From positions 2,518 through 66,517 of the forward strand of contig JBBRBC010000012.1 in NCBI GenBank assembly GCA_038206205.1: a DNA stretch of 64,000 nucleotides. Reading direction: 5' to 3'. Source of the DNA: Opitutales bacterium (GTDB lineage: Bacteria > Verrucomicrobiota > Verrucomicrobiia > Opitutales > Opitutaceae). The translations under genes were made by a program, and so were the position numbers. Positions within the stretch are counted from its first letter, which is position 1. The number at the start of each line of letters is the position of its first letter. A model generated the notes under the pieces. The model saw nothing but the letters and a program-made list of their open reading frames with translations. It searched no databases and was not told where the DNA came from. This document shows, in pieces, positions 39,226-48,107 of this stretch.

Positions 39226-40119
39226 TCACGCCGATTCCCAGCGGCCGTAGATGCCGCAGGGGAGGATTTTTCCGTCGCGTTGAATCGGCAGGCCGACTTC
39301 GCCGCCGTGGATGCGGCCACGGGTGTCGTGCATCAGGCCATCGAGGAGATTGATGACAACCGAAGGAGAGAGGCGCGCGGTGTAGGCGTTGATCAGGAAA
39401 AACAGCGGGCGATCGGTGAGCAATTGTTTGCACTCGCTGAGCAGTTCCCAGAGGTGATCTTCGAGTTTCCACATTTCACCAGTGGCGCCGCGACCATAGG
39501 TGGGCGGGTCCATGATGATGCCGTCGTACTTGCGGCCGCGTTTGATTTCGCGACGCACGAATTTCAAGCAATCATCCGTGATGTAGCGGATCGGCGCGGC
39601 GGCGAGGCCGGAGAGAGCGGCGTTTTCTTTGCACCATTTCACCATACCCTCGGCGGCATCGACGTGGCAAACGCTGGCCCCGGCGTGGGCGGCTGCGACC
39701 GTGGCGGCCCCGGTGTAGCCGAAGAGATTCAACACACTCACTTCACGGTTGGCGGCACGGGCCGTTTTGATTTTGGCGGAGAACCAATCCCAGTTCACCG
39801 CTTGCTCAGGGAAAAGCCCGGTGTGCTTAAAACTGGTCGGATGGATTTTGAAAGTGAGCGCGCCGTAGGTGACGGTCCAGTGATCGGGGAGAGGTTTGCG
39901 ATATTCCCATTTGCCGCCGCCCGTTTCGCTGCGGTGGTAGTAGCCGTCCCAGCCTTCCCATTTCGTCGCGCCGCCGCTGCGGGGCCAGATGATCTGCGGA
40001 TCGGGACGCACGAGCGTGTAAGGGCCCCATTTTTCCTGCTTCAAGCCGTCGCCGCAATCGAGCAACTGGTAGTCCTTCCAGTGGTCGGCGACGATGAGTC
40101 CGGGGCGTTCGATTTTCAT
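39226..40119 (-). CDS. Class I SAM-dependent (rRNA-type) methyltransferase
   Basis: SAM-binding VLNLFGYTGAATVAAA and catalytic IIMDPPTYG. I prefer the start at ATG 40119 (MKIERPG); the ORF track extends to 40158. Confidence 0.8.
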   Translation of the reverse strand: MKIERPGLIVADHWKDYQLLDCGDGLKQEKWGPYTLVRPDPQIIWPRSGGATKWEGWDGYYHRSETGGGKWEYRKPLPDHWTVTYGALTFKIHPTSFKHTGLFPEQAVNWDWFSAKIKTARAANREVSVLNLFGYTGAATVAAAHAGASVCHVDAAEGMVKWCKENAALSGLAAAPIRYITDDCLKFVRREIKRGRKYDGIIMDPPTYGRGATGEMWKLEDHLWELLSECKQLLTDRPLFFLINAYTARLSPSVVINLLDGLMHDTRGRIHGGEVGLPIQRDGKILPCGIYGRWESA

Positions 40120-40199
40120 GTAAGAGAATATTTGCCCACGAATCACGCGAATGAACACGAAAAAATGAAATACTCTGCCACCTGCGTGCTCTCATCCGT

Positions 40200-40907
40200 A
40201 TGCGCCACATAATTCTCTCTTGCCTACTGCTGTTGATCGCAACAGCCAGTCTGGCCAGCTCGCTAAAATTCTCCAGTGGGGAAAACCGCACCCATTTGAT
40301 TGAGCTCTATAGTTCCGAAGGTTGCAGCAGTTGTCCGCCAGCCGAGCGGTGGCTGGGTGAATTGCACGATGCCCCGGGACTATGGCGTGATTTCGTGCCG
40401 GTGGCGTTCCATGTCAGTTACTGGGACCGACTCGGCTGGCCCGATCGGTTTGCCAACAAAGAATTCACCGCCCGCCAATATGCTTATTCGCGTCAGTGGC
40501 ATAGCGGCAGCGTCTACACGCCGGAGTTTGTGTTGAATGGCGAGGAGTGGCGGGCGCGGCAGACGCCCACGGCTTCGACGGAGAAAGTCGGCGTGCTGTC
40601 TGTTGAGTACACGGCAGAAGGGGAGTGCGAGGTAATGTTTCCAATCGTCGGTGATGGCGAAGTCCATGTCGCTCTGCTCGGAGCCGGGATTTCCTCGGTG
40701 GTGCGAGCCGGCGAGAATCGCGGTCGTACCTTGCGGCATGATTCTGTGGTGCTGGAATTGAAGTCGGTCCGCTTGGTCAACGGCAGAGCTGAATTGCGTC
40801 TGCCCAAATCGAGTGAACCCGACATCCCGCGCCAAGCCTTGGCCCTATGGGTTACGCGCCGAGGTGAACTCACCCCGCTGCAGGCGACGGGCGGCTGGCT
40901 CAACTGA
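40200..40907 (+). CDS. DUF1223 family secreted protein
   Basis: Signal peptide and the DUF1223 hallmark ELYSSEGCSSCPPAE. Confidence 0.8.
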   Translation: MRHIILSCLLLLIATASLASSLKFSSGENRTHLIELYSSEGCSSCPPAERWLGELHDAPGLWRDFVPVAFHVSYWDRLGWPDRFANKEFTARQYAYSRQWHSGSVYTPEFVLNGEEWRARQTPTASTEKVGVLSVEYTAEGECEVMFPIVGDGEVHVALLGAGISSVVRAGENRGRTLRHDSVVLELKSVRLVNGRAELRLPKSSEPDIPRQALALWVTRRGELTPLQATGGWLN

Positions 40908-40921
40908 GCCAGCGCGCCGCC

Positions 40922-41017
40922 CCAACGGCAAAGTAACCTATTGGGTTACTTGTGAATTGGATCTTTGGAGGGGCCAAAGTGAAGAAGCCACAAGTACCCT
41001 ATTGGGGTACTTGTGGC
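40922..41017 (+). repeat. Composite double-palindrome element R1, copy A
   Basis: CCAACGGCAAAGTAACCTATTGGGTTACTTGTGAATT, a 22-nt spacer (itself CTTTGG-agggg-CCAAAG), then GAAGAAGCCACAAGTACCCTATTGGGGTACTTGTGGC (12-bp stem). Confidence 0.9.
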
Positions 41018-41247
41018 AGGGTGACGCAGGGCTGATTCATTCTCGGCTCGCCCAGAGGGAATTCTTGGTTGCACCACCAGGGACCGATGTTTGCAGAGCC
41101 TGTGTCTCTTGTCGGGCCGTAGCCATGGCGAAGGCTGATGTACGGGCCGGGTACGCGCGCCTCCATCCTCGCTCGCGGCGTCTGCAAGACAGACGCTCTG
41201 CCAGGAGGTCACAACGGAAATAGAATGAATCAGTGCGGCGACCAAAA

Positions 41248-41357
41248 CGAAAAAGTGACCTATTGGGGTACTTGTGAATTGAGTCTTTTTTTTTTGGGGG
41301 GGGGGGGGGGGAGCAAAACTGAAGAAGCCACAAGTACCCTATTGGGGTACTTGTGGC
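41248..41357 (+). repeat. Composite double-palindrome element R1, copy B (spacer holds a T10 G16 tract)
   Basis: Same two modules as copy A. The spacer is GAGTC-T10-G16-AGCAAAACT (homopolymers at 41286-41311). Confidence 0.9.
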
Positions 41358-41412
41358 GGGGGGAGGGCTCTCTCCATAAAGGATTATTGACCCGAACCTA
41401 ACTGTCAGACAT

Positions 41413-41685
41413 TTGTCAGGCATGGATACAACGGCCCGAGAATTCGCGCGAAACTTTCGCAAGCTTCGCGCTTTGGCGGCCCGGGGTAAGACGGTGCGGG
41501 TAAAGGCTCCGGAGGGAGTCTACTTGTTTACCCGAGAGAAACCGGCCAAGACTTGTGGGGTGGTGTTGGCCGGGTTGGAGGCTTATGCTGGTCGCGGATT
41601 TCTGACGGATGCGGGAGCCGAAGCTCTGAAAGCAGTGAAGCGCAAGCCAGCTCCGGCCAAATCGCCTTGGGATGCGACGCCGTGA
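41413..41685 (+). CDS. Antitoxin of a VapBC-type module
   Basis: 90-aa ORF whose stop overlaps the GTG start of the downstream PIN gene (GTGA). N-terminal TAREFARNFRKL resembles Phd/VapB-type antitoxins. Confidence 0.6.
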   Translation: MSGMDTTAREFARNFRKLRALAARGKTVRVKAPEGVYLFTREKPAKTCGVVLAGLEAYAGRGFLTDAGAEALKAVKRKPAPAKSPWDATP

Positions 41686-42062
41686 TTTTCGACTCCACCT
41701 TCTTCGTTACGCTTCATCGAGAATTACAACGCGGGGAGCGCGGACCCGCTCAGGAATTTCTCGCGCGTCATGCTGATGAAATTCCGGGCATGAGTGAAAT
41801 CACCCGAGGAGAGCTGGCGCGTGGTTTCGCCTCGAAAGCGGCGTGGACTCATTTTTGCGATCGGTTTGTGAGTTATCCTTTCAACGATGCGGTGGCTTGG
41901 CGAGCAGCGGAAATTTTCAACGACCTGCGCAAACGTGGGGTGATGATGGGAGAAAACGACCTGTGGATTGGGGCCACCGCCTTGGAGGCGGGTGGGGTGC
42001 TGGTCACCCGTAACGTGAAACATTTTCAAAACATCCGAGGTTTGAAAGTGGTGGCACATTGA
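41682..42062 (+). CDS. vapC: PIN-domain toxin VapC
   Basis: VIFDSTFFV ... ENDLWIGATALEAGGVLVTRNVKHF, the PIN-domain pattern. GTG start at 41682. Confidence 0.8.
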   Translation: MIFDSTFFVTLHRELQRGERGPAQEFLARHADEIPGMSEITRGELARGFASKAAWTHFCDRFVSYPFNDAVAWRAAEIFNDLRKRGVMMGENDLWIGATALEAGGVLVTRNVKHFQNIRGLKVVAH

Positions 42063-42215
42063 GCCGGGTTCATGCCGTGGGTGGACGTCGGTTTCCACAC
42101 CGACGCTTTGTCGCCGGGGTGGACAGCCTTCGCCGGGCTTCGGCCCGACAAGAACCGGCGACTCCCTTTCAGTTTGCATCGGCTCATTCGGAATAATGAG
42201 TTCAACGTCATAAGC
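42061..42215 (+). repeat. Structured repeat family R2, long form, copy 2
   Basis: Core hairpin at 42087-42104. The loop of the second hairpin carries an extra CGGGC-TTCG-GCCCG hairpin, as in copy 4. Confidence 0.85.
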
Positions 42216-42232
42216 CCGGCTGAGTGGTAACG

Positions 42233-42850
42233 TCACGTCCCGTACAACCGGTCGCCGAAATCGCCGAGGCCGGGGAGAATGTATTTCTTGGCGTTGAGCG
42301 TGCGGTCTACGGCCGCAGTGAAGATGGGGACATTGGGGTGAGCTTTGTCCAGAGCCGCAACGCCCTCGGGTGAAGCGACGATACAGATGAAGCTGATATC
42401 TTTCGCGCCTGCCGCATTCACCACCTCGAGGGCTTGGATCGCGGAGCCACCCGTCGCGAGCATGGGATCGAGCACGAGTACGCGTTTGCCATCGAGCGGC
42501 GGCAGTTTGCAGTAATAGCTGCGGGCAATCGCGGTGGTGTGGTCGCGCTCGAGCCCGACATAGCCGACCGAGACATCAGGAAAAATATCCTGAAACGGCT
42601 GCACCATGCCGAGACCGGCGCGTAAGATCGGCACGATAGCGAGTGGCATCGCGAGCACGCGGCCGGTCATCGGTTCCATCGGGGTTTCGATTAATTTATC
42701 CTCGGTGGCGAGATCGCGGGTGGCTTCCAATGCGAGCAGCAGCGATATCTGGTAGCTGAGCGTGCGGAACAGCACGGGCTTGGTGGATTTATCGCGCAGG
42801 TGGGTGAGGACGTGAGTGCCGAGGGGATGATTCAGGAGGTGGAGTGGCAT
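42233..42850 (-). CDS. upp: Uracil phosphoribosyltransferase
   Basis: MPLHLLNHPL start at 42850. PRPP-binding VLVLDPMLATGGSA and C-terminal YILPGLGDFGDRLYGT. Confidence 0.92.
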   Translation of the reverse strand: MPLHLLNHPLGTHVLTHLRDKSTKPVLFRTLSYQISLLLALEATRDLATEDKLIETPMEPMTGRVLAMPLAIVPILRAGLGMVQPFQDIFPDVSVGYVGLERDHTTAIARSYYCKLPPLDGKRVLVLDPMLATGGSAIQALEVVNAAGAKDISFICIVASPEGVAALDKAHPNVPIFTAAVDRTLNAKKYILPGLGDFGDRLYGT

Positions 42851-42852
42851 GG

Positions 42853-42887
42853 GGGATTTTCGATTTTGGATTGGCGATTTTCGAATC
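42853..42887 (-). repeat. Heptanucleotide-periodic array abutting the upp start
   Basis: Plus strand reads GGGATTT TCGATTT TGGATTG GCGATTT TCGAATC, beginning 3 nt from the upp ATG. Confidence 0.8.
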
Positions 42888-43363
42888 CTGAAACCAGCGG
42901 ACACTCATACGGATAACGAGTATGAGAAGGAGAACGAGAAAGATAATTTCAGCCGCCACTCGTCACACGGTTCCGCCAGTCACGACTTTGAGCCCAGGGA
43001 AATCAGGGTATACCGTTTGGTGGCGCGGCAGAAAAATTATATCTCTTCTCTCTTTCGCGTTGGTGGTTGCGACCATCTCGCTTTGTTCAGTCGCGGAAAC
43101 AACATCGTTTCAGGTCAAGGTCACCGACACGGCGAACGGCCGCGTCGGGACAGCCGACGCTTATTCGCGTCTTCGTCCGCGATGGGAATCGTTGTGGGTT
43201 CGCGACGCTCAGCAACGGTCACAAAAAAGCAAGGTCCCGCCGCCAGTCTCTGCGGTTGCGGGAAATCATGGCGCGGTGAGGGTGGGGGGAGTCATGGAAC
43301 CCGGCCGCCGGACGGGTTGGGCTTGAAACGCAGATCTGAAAACGCGTCCGGGGGTGTTGTTCC

Positions 43364-43500
43364 ACCCAAAACAATTGGCTGGCGGGATCATGCAGTTGGT
43401 GGGCGTCGGTTTCCAAACCGACGCTCTATCGCCGATGTGGAAATCGGCGACCACCTTATCGATTGTCTCTGCTCATTCGGAAAAACACATTCAATCAGTC
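43364..43500 (+). repeat. Structured repeat family R2, short form, copy 3
   Basis: Core GTCGGTTTCCAAACCGAC at 43405-43422, then ATCGCCGA-tgtggaaa-TCGGCGAC. GGTGG and CCACC flank both hairpins. Confidence 0.85.
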
Positions 43501-43503
43501 CGC

Positions 43504-45918
43504 CTACGGTTTCAGCACCAGCGTGTGCTGCGTGGGACCGGGGAGCAGGGGCGTGGCTTCACCTTTAACCCAAGTTTCGTGACCGGCCCGGTAATAGGGC
43601 GAGAGGGGATGGCCGCTTTGGCCGCCGGGCATGGTCAGAATTCCTTCCGCTTCACGGCCGGGGGCAACGACCAAGCGTTGGGTTTGGCCGAAACTCGGGC
43701 CTTGCACGCGAGGCATGTCGCTGTCGCCGGGCAATTGATGCGGCGGCATGTCGAGGAAGGTGGAAATAAATTTTGGCAGCATCCGGCTGAAGGGATGCAG
43801 CATCGCGAGGGTGTTGCGCCGGCCCCACGTGAAATTGGCGGGGGAAACTCCGGCTTCATCCGCGTCGTTCAAGACATCGTCTGCTGCGGAGAGCAGCAGC
43901 GCCTTCCACGAGGTGTGTTCGGGATTGAGCAGACGGGCGGGCTGTTCGTGGACGAGTTGCCAGAGCGCATCTTCATAGGGAAAGGCGGTGTAAGTGAACG
44001 CTTCGTAGTGGGCAGTGGCTTGTTCGACGAAGGGAGCGAAGGCGCGCTCGGTGACGTGGCTGCGAAACGATTTCACGATGCGGTACGCGGCGGAGTCGGT
44101 GCTGGCGTGACCGTTCCATTGGCGCACGACGTGGCGCAACTTGGCGCGAGCGGACTTTTGTTCGACGGCTTTATCGTCGAGGACTTCGAGCAGGAATTTC
44201 TGCCAGCGTTCGAGGAAGACGGCGCGATCATCGAGCTGGATGGCGTGCAAATCGGCGGGCGCGGCTTTTTTCCCGGAGGCGACGAGAGTACGAAGGTCGT
44301 CGCGAATCTGGCCGGCTCGAGCACCGTTGTCGTAGCCGTTGTCGCCGAGGAGGGCGTAATCCTTGCCGCCGACCGCGCGATTATTGCCGTTCCACAGCAG
44401 GCCATCGGCGGGATCGAGGATGACGGGGATTTCTTCTGGTTTCAGCCAGCCAGCCCAGCGGCGATCACCGTAAGCCCAGGAAACCGGCAAGCGGCCATCG
44501 TAACCGACGCGGCGCGGGATTAATCCGGCAATGGTCCAGGCGATGTGGCCGTCGGTATCGGCGAGGAAAATGTTTTGGTTGGGTAGGCCAGTGCGATGGG
44601 CAATCGCGATGGCTTGGGTGGCGTCGGTCGCGGTTTCGAGTTCTAGCAACTTCAGATTGGTGGCTTCGACGTCATGCGCCGACCAACGAAGGACCGGGTA
44701 GCGGTCGGCGTTGAGTTCCCCGATGATGGGGCCCCAGTCGGTCCAGCGGGTGGTGAGGGAGAGGGCCGGCTTGCCTTTGACTTTGATTTCTTCGGTCAGG
44801 TCATGGATGAGATTCCAACCTTCAGGCGTCCGATACTTGATATTGGCGATGCCGTCGGGCTCGACCAGAATGACGTCGGTGGTATCGACGTAGGCATCCG
44901 TGAAACCCCACGCGAGCTGACCATTGGAGCCGGCGACGATAAGCGGCATGCCGGGCAACATCACGCCGATGACGCGGTGCGGGCCAGTGGCATCGCTCCA
45001 TTGGAGAACGCTGCGATACCACACTTGCGGCACGTACAGGCCGAGGTGCATGTCGTTCGCGAGGAGAGCCGTGCCGGTGGCGGTGTGGCGACCAGCCACG
45101 ACAAACGCGTTGGACCCATAGACGTGACGCGAGGCAACTTCGGGAGGAGAAATGTTTCCGACCGCGGCAGATTTTTCCGATGGGGCAAAACGCAAGGTGG
45201 GCAGGGCGGGTGGAGCAAATTTGCTGTTATCGTAGGCGGCGTCCCAAGAGTTTCCGGGCGGCGCGAGAAAATCGAGCGAGGCTTGCCCGAGGCTTTGCCG
45301 CACCGCATCGCGATTCAACTCATAGCTGCCGGTGGAATCCTGCAAATCAAACCACAGGGTGTAGACGCAGAGGAAGGAATCTTCTTCACGCCACGGTTGG
45401 GGCGGGGTGCGGAGCACGAGATATTCCCAGGGCGTGTTGCCTAGTGAGGCGAGACCGGCGTTCACGCCGGCGGTGTAGGCTTCGAGCAGTTCGCGTTCGG
45501 GGCCGGGGAGTTTTTCGAGGACTTGATGGGCGAGCCGGCGAAAGCCGTGCAGGCGGGCCTTTTTGTCCAGCTCGAGGGCGGCGGGGCCGAAGAGTTCTGC
45601 GAGTTCGCCGGCGCCGCGCCGACGAAGCAGATCCATTTGAAAGAAACGATCCTGCGCATGAACGAAACCGGTGGCGCGGGCGACATCGTTGCGGGTCGCG
45701 CCGGCGATCGTGGGTACGCCGAGGGCATCGCGGGTGATTTTGACCGGCGCGGAAAGTCCGGCCACAGCGTGCTCGCCATCGAGCTGCGCGAGACGGTGGC
45801 GCATTTGCTGCCAACCGTAGAACAGCAAAGCCGCGGCGATGAGGGCCAGCACGCTCAAGAGCGAGAGCAGGAGCGAGAGCAGGAGCGAGAAACGCTTTTT
45901 GGTCGGACTCATCAGCAA
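43504..45918 (-). CDS. Penicillin acylase-family Ntn hydrolase (possible acyl-homoserine-lactone acylase)
   Basis: 804 aa with signal peptide. Candidate Ntn nucleophile in YGSNAFVVAG. Overall penicillin amidase/PvdQ-like layout. Confidence 0.85.
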   Translation of the reverse strand: MLMSPTKKRFSLLLSLLLSLLSVLALIAAALLFYGWQQMRHRLAQLDGEHAVAGLSAPVKITRDALGVPTIAGATRNDVARATGFVHAQDRFFQMDLLRRRGAGELAELFGPAALELDKKARLHGFRRLAHQVLEKLPGPERELLEAYTAGVNAGLASLGNTPWEYLVLRTPPQPWREEDSFLCVYTLWFDLQDSTGSYELNRDAVRQSLGQASLDFLAPPGNSWDAAYDNSKFAPPALPTLRFAPSEKSAAVGNISPPEVASRHVYGSNAFVVAGRHTATGTALLANDMHLGLYVPQVWYRSVLQWSDATGPHRVIGVMLPGMPLIVAGSNGQLAWGFTDAYVDTTDVILVEPDGIANIKYRTPEGWNLIHDLTEEIKVKGKPALSLTTRWTDWGPIIGELNADRYPVLRWSAHDVEATNLKLLELETATDATQAIAIAHRTGLPNQNIFLADTDGHIAWTIAGLIPRRVGYDGRLPVSWAYGDRRWAGWLKPEEIPVILDPADGLLWNGNNRAVGGKDYALLGDNGYDNGARAGQIRDDLRTLVASGKKAAPADLHAIQLDDRAVFLERWQKFLLEVLDDKAVEQKSARAKLRHVVRQWNGHASTDSAAYRIVKSFRSHVTERAFAPFVEQATAHYEAFTYTAFPYEDALWQLVHEQPARLLNPEHTSWKALLLSAADDVLNDADEAGVSPANFTWGRRNTLAMLHPFSRMLPKFISTFLDMPPHQLPGDSDMPRVQGPSFGQTQRLVVAPGREAEGILTMPGGQSGHPLSPYYRAGHETWVKGEATPLLPGPTQHTLVLKP

Positions 45919-46071
45919 GGCACTTTGCTTGGGGATTTTGGAGGGCTGCCGCTTGCCCGTTCGAAAGGCTCAGGGTCCCGAGCTTGTCGAGGGATGGCAC
46001 GCCAGGCCGGCGCAAGCACCGGCCCTACAAATCGGAAGGAAATCGTGCAGGGTGACATACGCCGCAGACGT

Positions 46072-46530
46072 TTATTTTAGCCAATTCTGTGCGGCGACGG
46101 GATCGCGGCCTTCGTCGAAATCGATGTAGTCGAAGAAGGTTTCGATGGTTTTATCCTGGAGACCGGATTCGATGATGCGTTGGCGCAGGCGGACCTGGGC
46201 GGCATCGCGCCAGCCGCGTTTCATCATGAAGCCGTTCCAGATCTCGCAGTCTTGATCGGAGCGTTTCGCGCCGCGCGGTTCGCACCACGTCAGGATTTCG
46301 TCATCGGTGCCATCGGCGAGGGTGCGGGTTTGGATCTCGGCGAATTTCACGCCGAGGAAAAGACAGCAACGCGTATCGAAGACGCCCGGCTGGGTATCGC
46401 CAAGGTTCGCGACATAGTCAGCCGGAAGTTGGCCGGCAGCGTGCAGGCGGATCTTATCGAGCATGCGGCCGAAGTAGACGAGACGACCGACTTTGACGTA
46501 GGGACTGCGGAGACCGGGTATGTTGGGCAT
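46072..46530 (-). CDS. DUF5069-like protein
   Basis: 152 aa. N-terminal LRSPYVKVGRLVYFGRMLDKIRLH resembles DUF5069 (family name from memory). Confidence 0.6.
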   Translation of the reverse strand: MPNIPGLRSPYVKVGRLVYFGRMLDKIRLHAAGQLPADYVANLGDTQPGVFDTRCCLFLGVKFAEIQTRTLADGTDDEILTWCEPRGAKRSDQDCEIWNGFMMKRGWRDAAQVRLRQRIIESGLQDKTIETFFDYIDFDEGRDPVAAQNWLK

Positions 46531-46536
46531 GGTGTG

Positions 46537-46578
46537 GACAAGAATCAGTATTCAGAATCCAGAAGCCAGAAGGAAAAG
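46537..46578 (-). repeat. Heptanucleotide-periodic array (TTCTGNN on the sense strand) abutting the DUF5069 start
   Basis: Plus strand reads GACAAGA ATCAGTA TTCAGAA TCCAGAA GCCAGAA GGAAAAG. It fills most of the 61-nt intergenic gap. Confidence 0.8.
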
Positions 46579-46591
46579 ACGCCGGGCGCGC

Positions 46592-46867
46592 TCAATCTCG
46601 CCGGTGGTGGTAATAGTAGATGATCGTGGCGCTGACCGCGAAAATCCACGTGGGCGCATTCACCCAGAGCTGGTGGAACGGAATATGGTAGCGCGGCACG
46701 GCCCAGATGACGGCGACGTGTTTGATCGCGATCAGAATCCAGCAGATAAGAATGAGTCGTTCGACGCGTGGATCAGGCGCGGATGATTCTCGCGCGTTCA
46801 CCTCGTCCACAAAGGCGCGTTCGTAGTCGGGGTTGGGGCGGTGGGATGGGAAGAAATCGGCGAGCAT
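46592..46867 (-). CDS. Small two-TM membrane protein
   Basis: ATG at 46867 (MLADFFPSHRPNPDYERAF...), two hydrophobic helices. The longer ORF-track N-terminus is read through repeat R2 copy 4. Confidence 0.5.
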   Translation of the reverse strand: MLADFFPSHRPNPDYERAFVDEVNARESSAPDPRVERLILICWILIAIKHVAVIWAVPRYHIPFHQLWVNAPTWIFAVSATIIYYYHHRRD

Positions 46868-46934
46868 AACGAGGCAAACAATATAGCCAGCAGAGCGGAA
46901 AAGGGAAAGGGGAACTTGGTTTAGGCGGACGAAG

Positions 46935-47085
46935 GCAGTCGAATGCGCTGTTCCATATGAGCTGAAGCAAGAATTGAGGCGGTCGCCGATGCTTGTCGGG
47001 CCGAAGCCCGGCGAAGGCTGATCCACCTCGGCGACAGAGCGTCGGTGTGGAAACCGACGCCCACCTACTGCACGATCATGGATTG
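46935..47085 (-). repeat. Structured repeat family R2, long form, copy 4
   Basis: The reverse complement aligns with copy 2, including the UUCG-hairpin insertion. Core hairpin at 47041-47058. Confidence 0.85.
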
Positions 47086-47130
47086 GGCTCGAAGCGTTCG
47101 ACTCTGGACTCTTGACCGGATTGTTCCGCC

Positions 47131-48027
47131 TCACCCCACCACCGTCAGAATGATCCCAGCTACGATGCCGAGCGCTGCGGGAAGTTTGCGCAGGCCGTGG
47201 GTTTCATGAAACAGCCAGATGCTGCCAGCAAAGGCCACGAGCGTACTGCCCCGGCGCAGGCTGGAGACGAGCGAAACCAGCGCGGCGGGATTTCGGAGGG
47301 CATCGAAATAGACAAAGTCCGCTATGAGCAGAGTGAGCGCGATCAAAGGGATGCTCCAGCGCCAGTGAAATTCTTGACGCGGCCACCAACGCCGCCACCA
47401 GCCGACCGCGAGCGGCAGCAGTACGATTGGCAAATAGAGCGTGAACCATGATTGAACCGCCGCAGCGCTGAAGCCCGCGCGGCCGAGGAGAAACTTATCG
47501 TAGAGGCCGCTGACCGCACCGCACAAGGTGCCGGCGATCATGTAGCCAACCCATTTGTTGCGGAGGAAATGCACGCCTTCAGCGCGGCCGGCAACCGACA
47601 GGCCGAAAAATGAGCCGAGCGTGATCATAATGCCGGTGATCTCGAGCCCCGAGGGTCGCTCGCCCAAAAGCAACAAGGCACCGAAGAGCGTCCAGATTGG
47701 ACCGGTGGCGCGGATGGGCGCGGCAAGCGAGAGGGGCAGATGCTTGATCCCAAAATAAGTGAAGGCCCACGAGGAGGCGACGATCATGGATTTCAGGAAA
47801 ATCAGGCCGTGTTGTGCGAGGGTGAGCGGTTCCGGTTTGAAAGCCGCCGGCAGCCAGCCGGGGTTCGTCTGGCCGAGCAGCAACAGACCAATCCAAATAA
47901 CGGCGCCGCAAACCGTGGCAAAAAACAAGACAGGCACCACGGCATTGTCGCGCAGCGCATGCTTCTTCGTCAGGTCATAGAGCCCGAGGAAGAAAGCGGA
48001 GATAAGACTGGCGACGATCCAATGCAT
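47131..48027 (-). CDS. EamA/DMT-family transporter
   Basis: Start at ATG 48027 (MHWIVASLISAFFLGLYDLTKKHALR). About 10 TM helices in two EamA-like halves. Confidence 0.8.
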   Translation of the reverse strand: MHWIVASLISAFFLGLYDLTKKHALRDNAVVPVLFFATVCGAVIWIGLLLLGQTNPGWLPAAFKPEPLTLAQHGLIFLKSMIVASSWAFTYFGIKHLPLSLAAPIRATGPIWTLFGALLLLGERPSGLEITGIMITLGSFFGLSVAGRAEGVHFLRNKWVGYMIAGTLCGAVSGLYDKFLLGRAGFSAAAVQSWFTLYLPIVLLPLAVGWWRRWWPRQEFHWRWSIPLIALTLLIADFVYFDALRNPAALVSLVSSLRRGSTLVAFAGSIWLFHETHGLRKLPAALGIVAGIILTVVG

Positions 48028-48107
48028 GAAAGGCGAGATGTGGTGCCGGTTGGACGCCACGGCAAGCGGCAAGCCTCGCTCGATGATATGTTGGACTGGG
48101 CTGATAC

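Noticed and set aside
39037-40212. Long antisense ORFs opposite recognised genes (also 9028-9795, 17701-18792, 43354-44523, 54014-55057, 56449-57495, 27855-28880)
   Set aside because: Each lies opposite a gene with clear family motifs (methyltransferase, miaB, nadC, acylase, histidine kinase, ilvD, ureD). Such long open antisense frames are expected in high-GC DNA.
42849-43568. 239-aa plus-strand ORF between upp and the acylase gene
   Set aside because: It overlaps the upp start and a heptamer array, runs through repeat R2 copy 3 and into the acylase gene's 3' end. It is Arg/Gly/Ser-rich and low in complexity, with no coding signature.
46868-47134. N-terminal extension of the small membrane protein ORF (track start at 47134)
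   Set aside because: The extension reads through repeat R2 copy 4. The GGRRFPHRRSVAEV-like translation recurs wherever the repeat occurs. The hydrophobic protein starts at ATG 46867.
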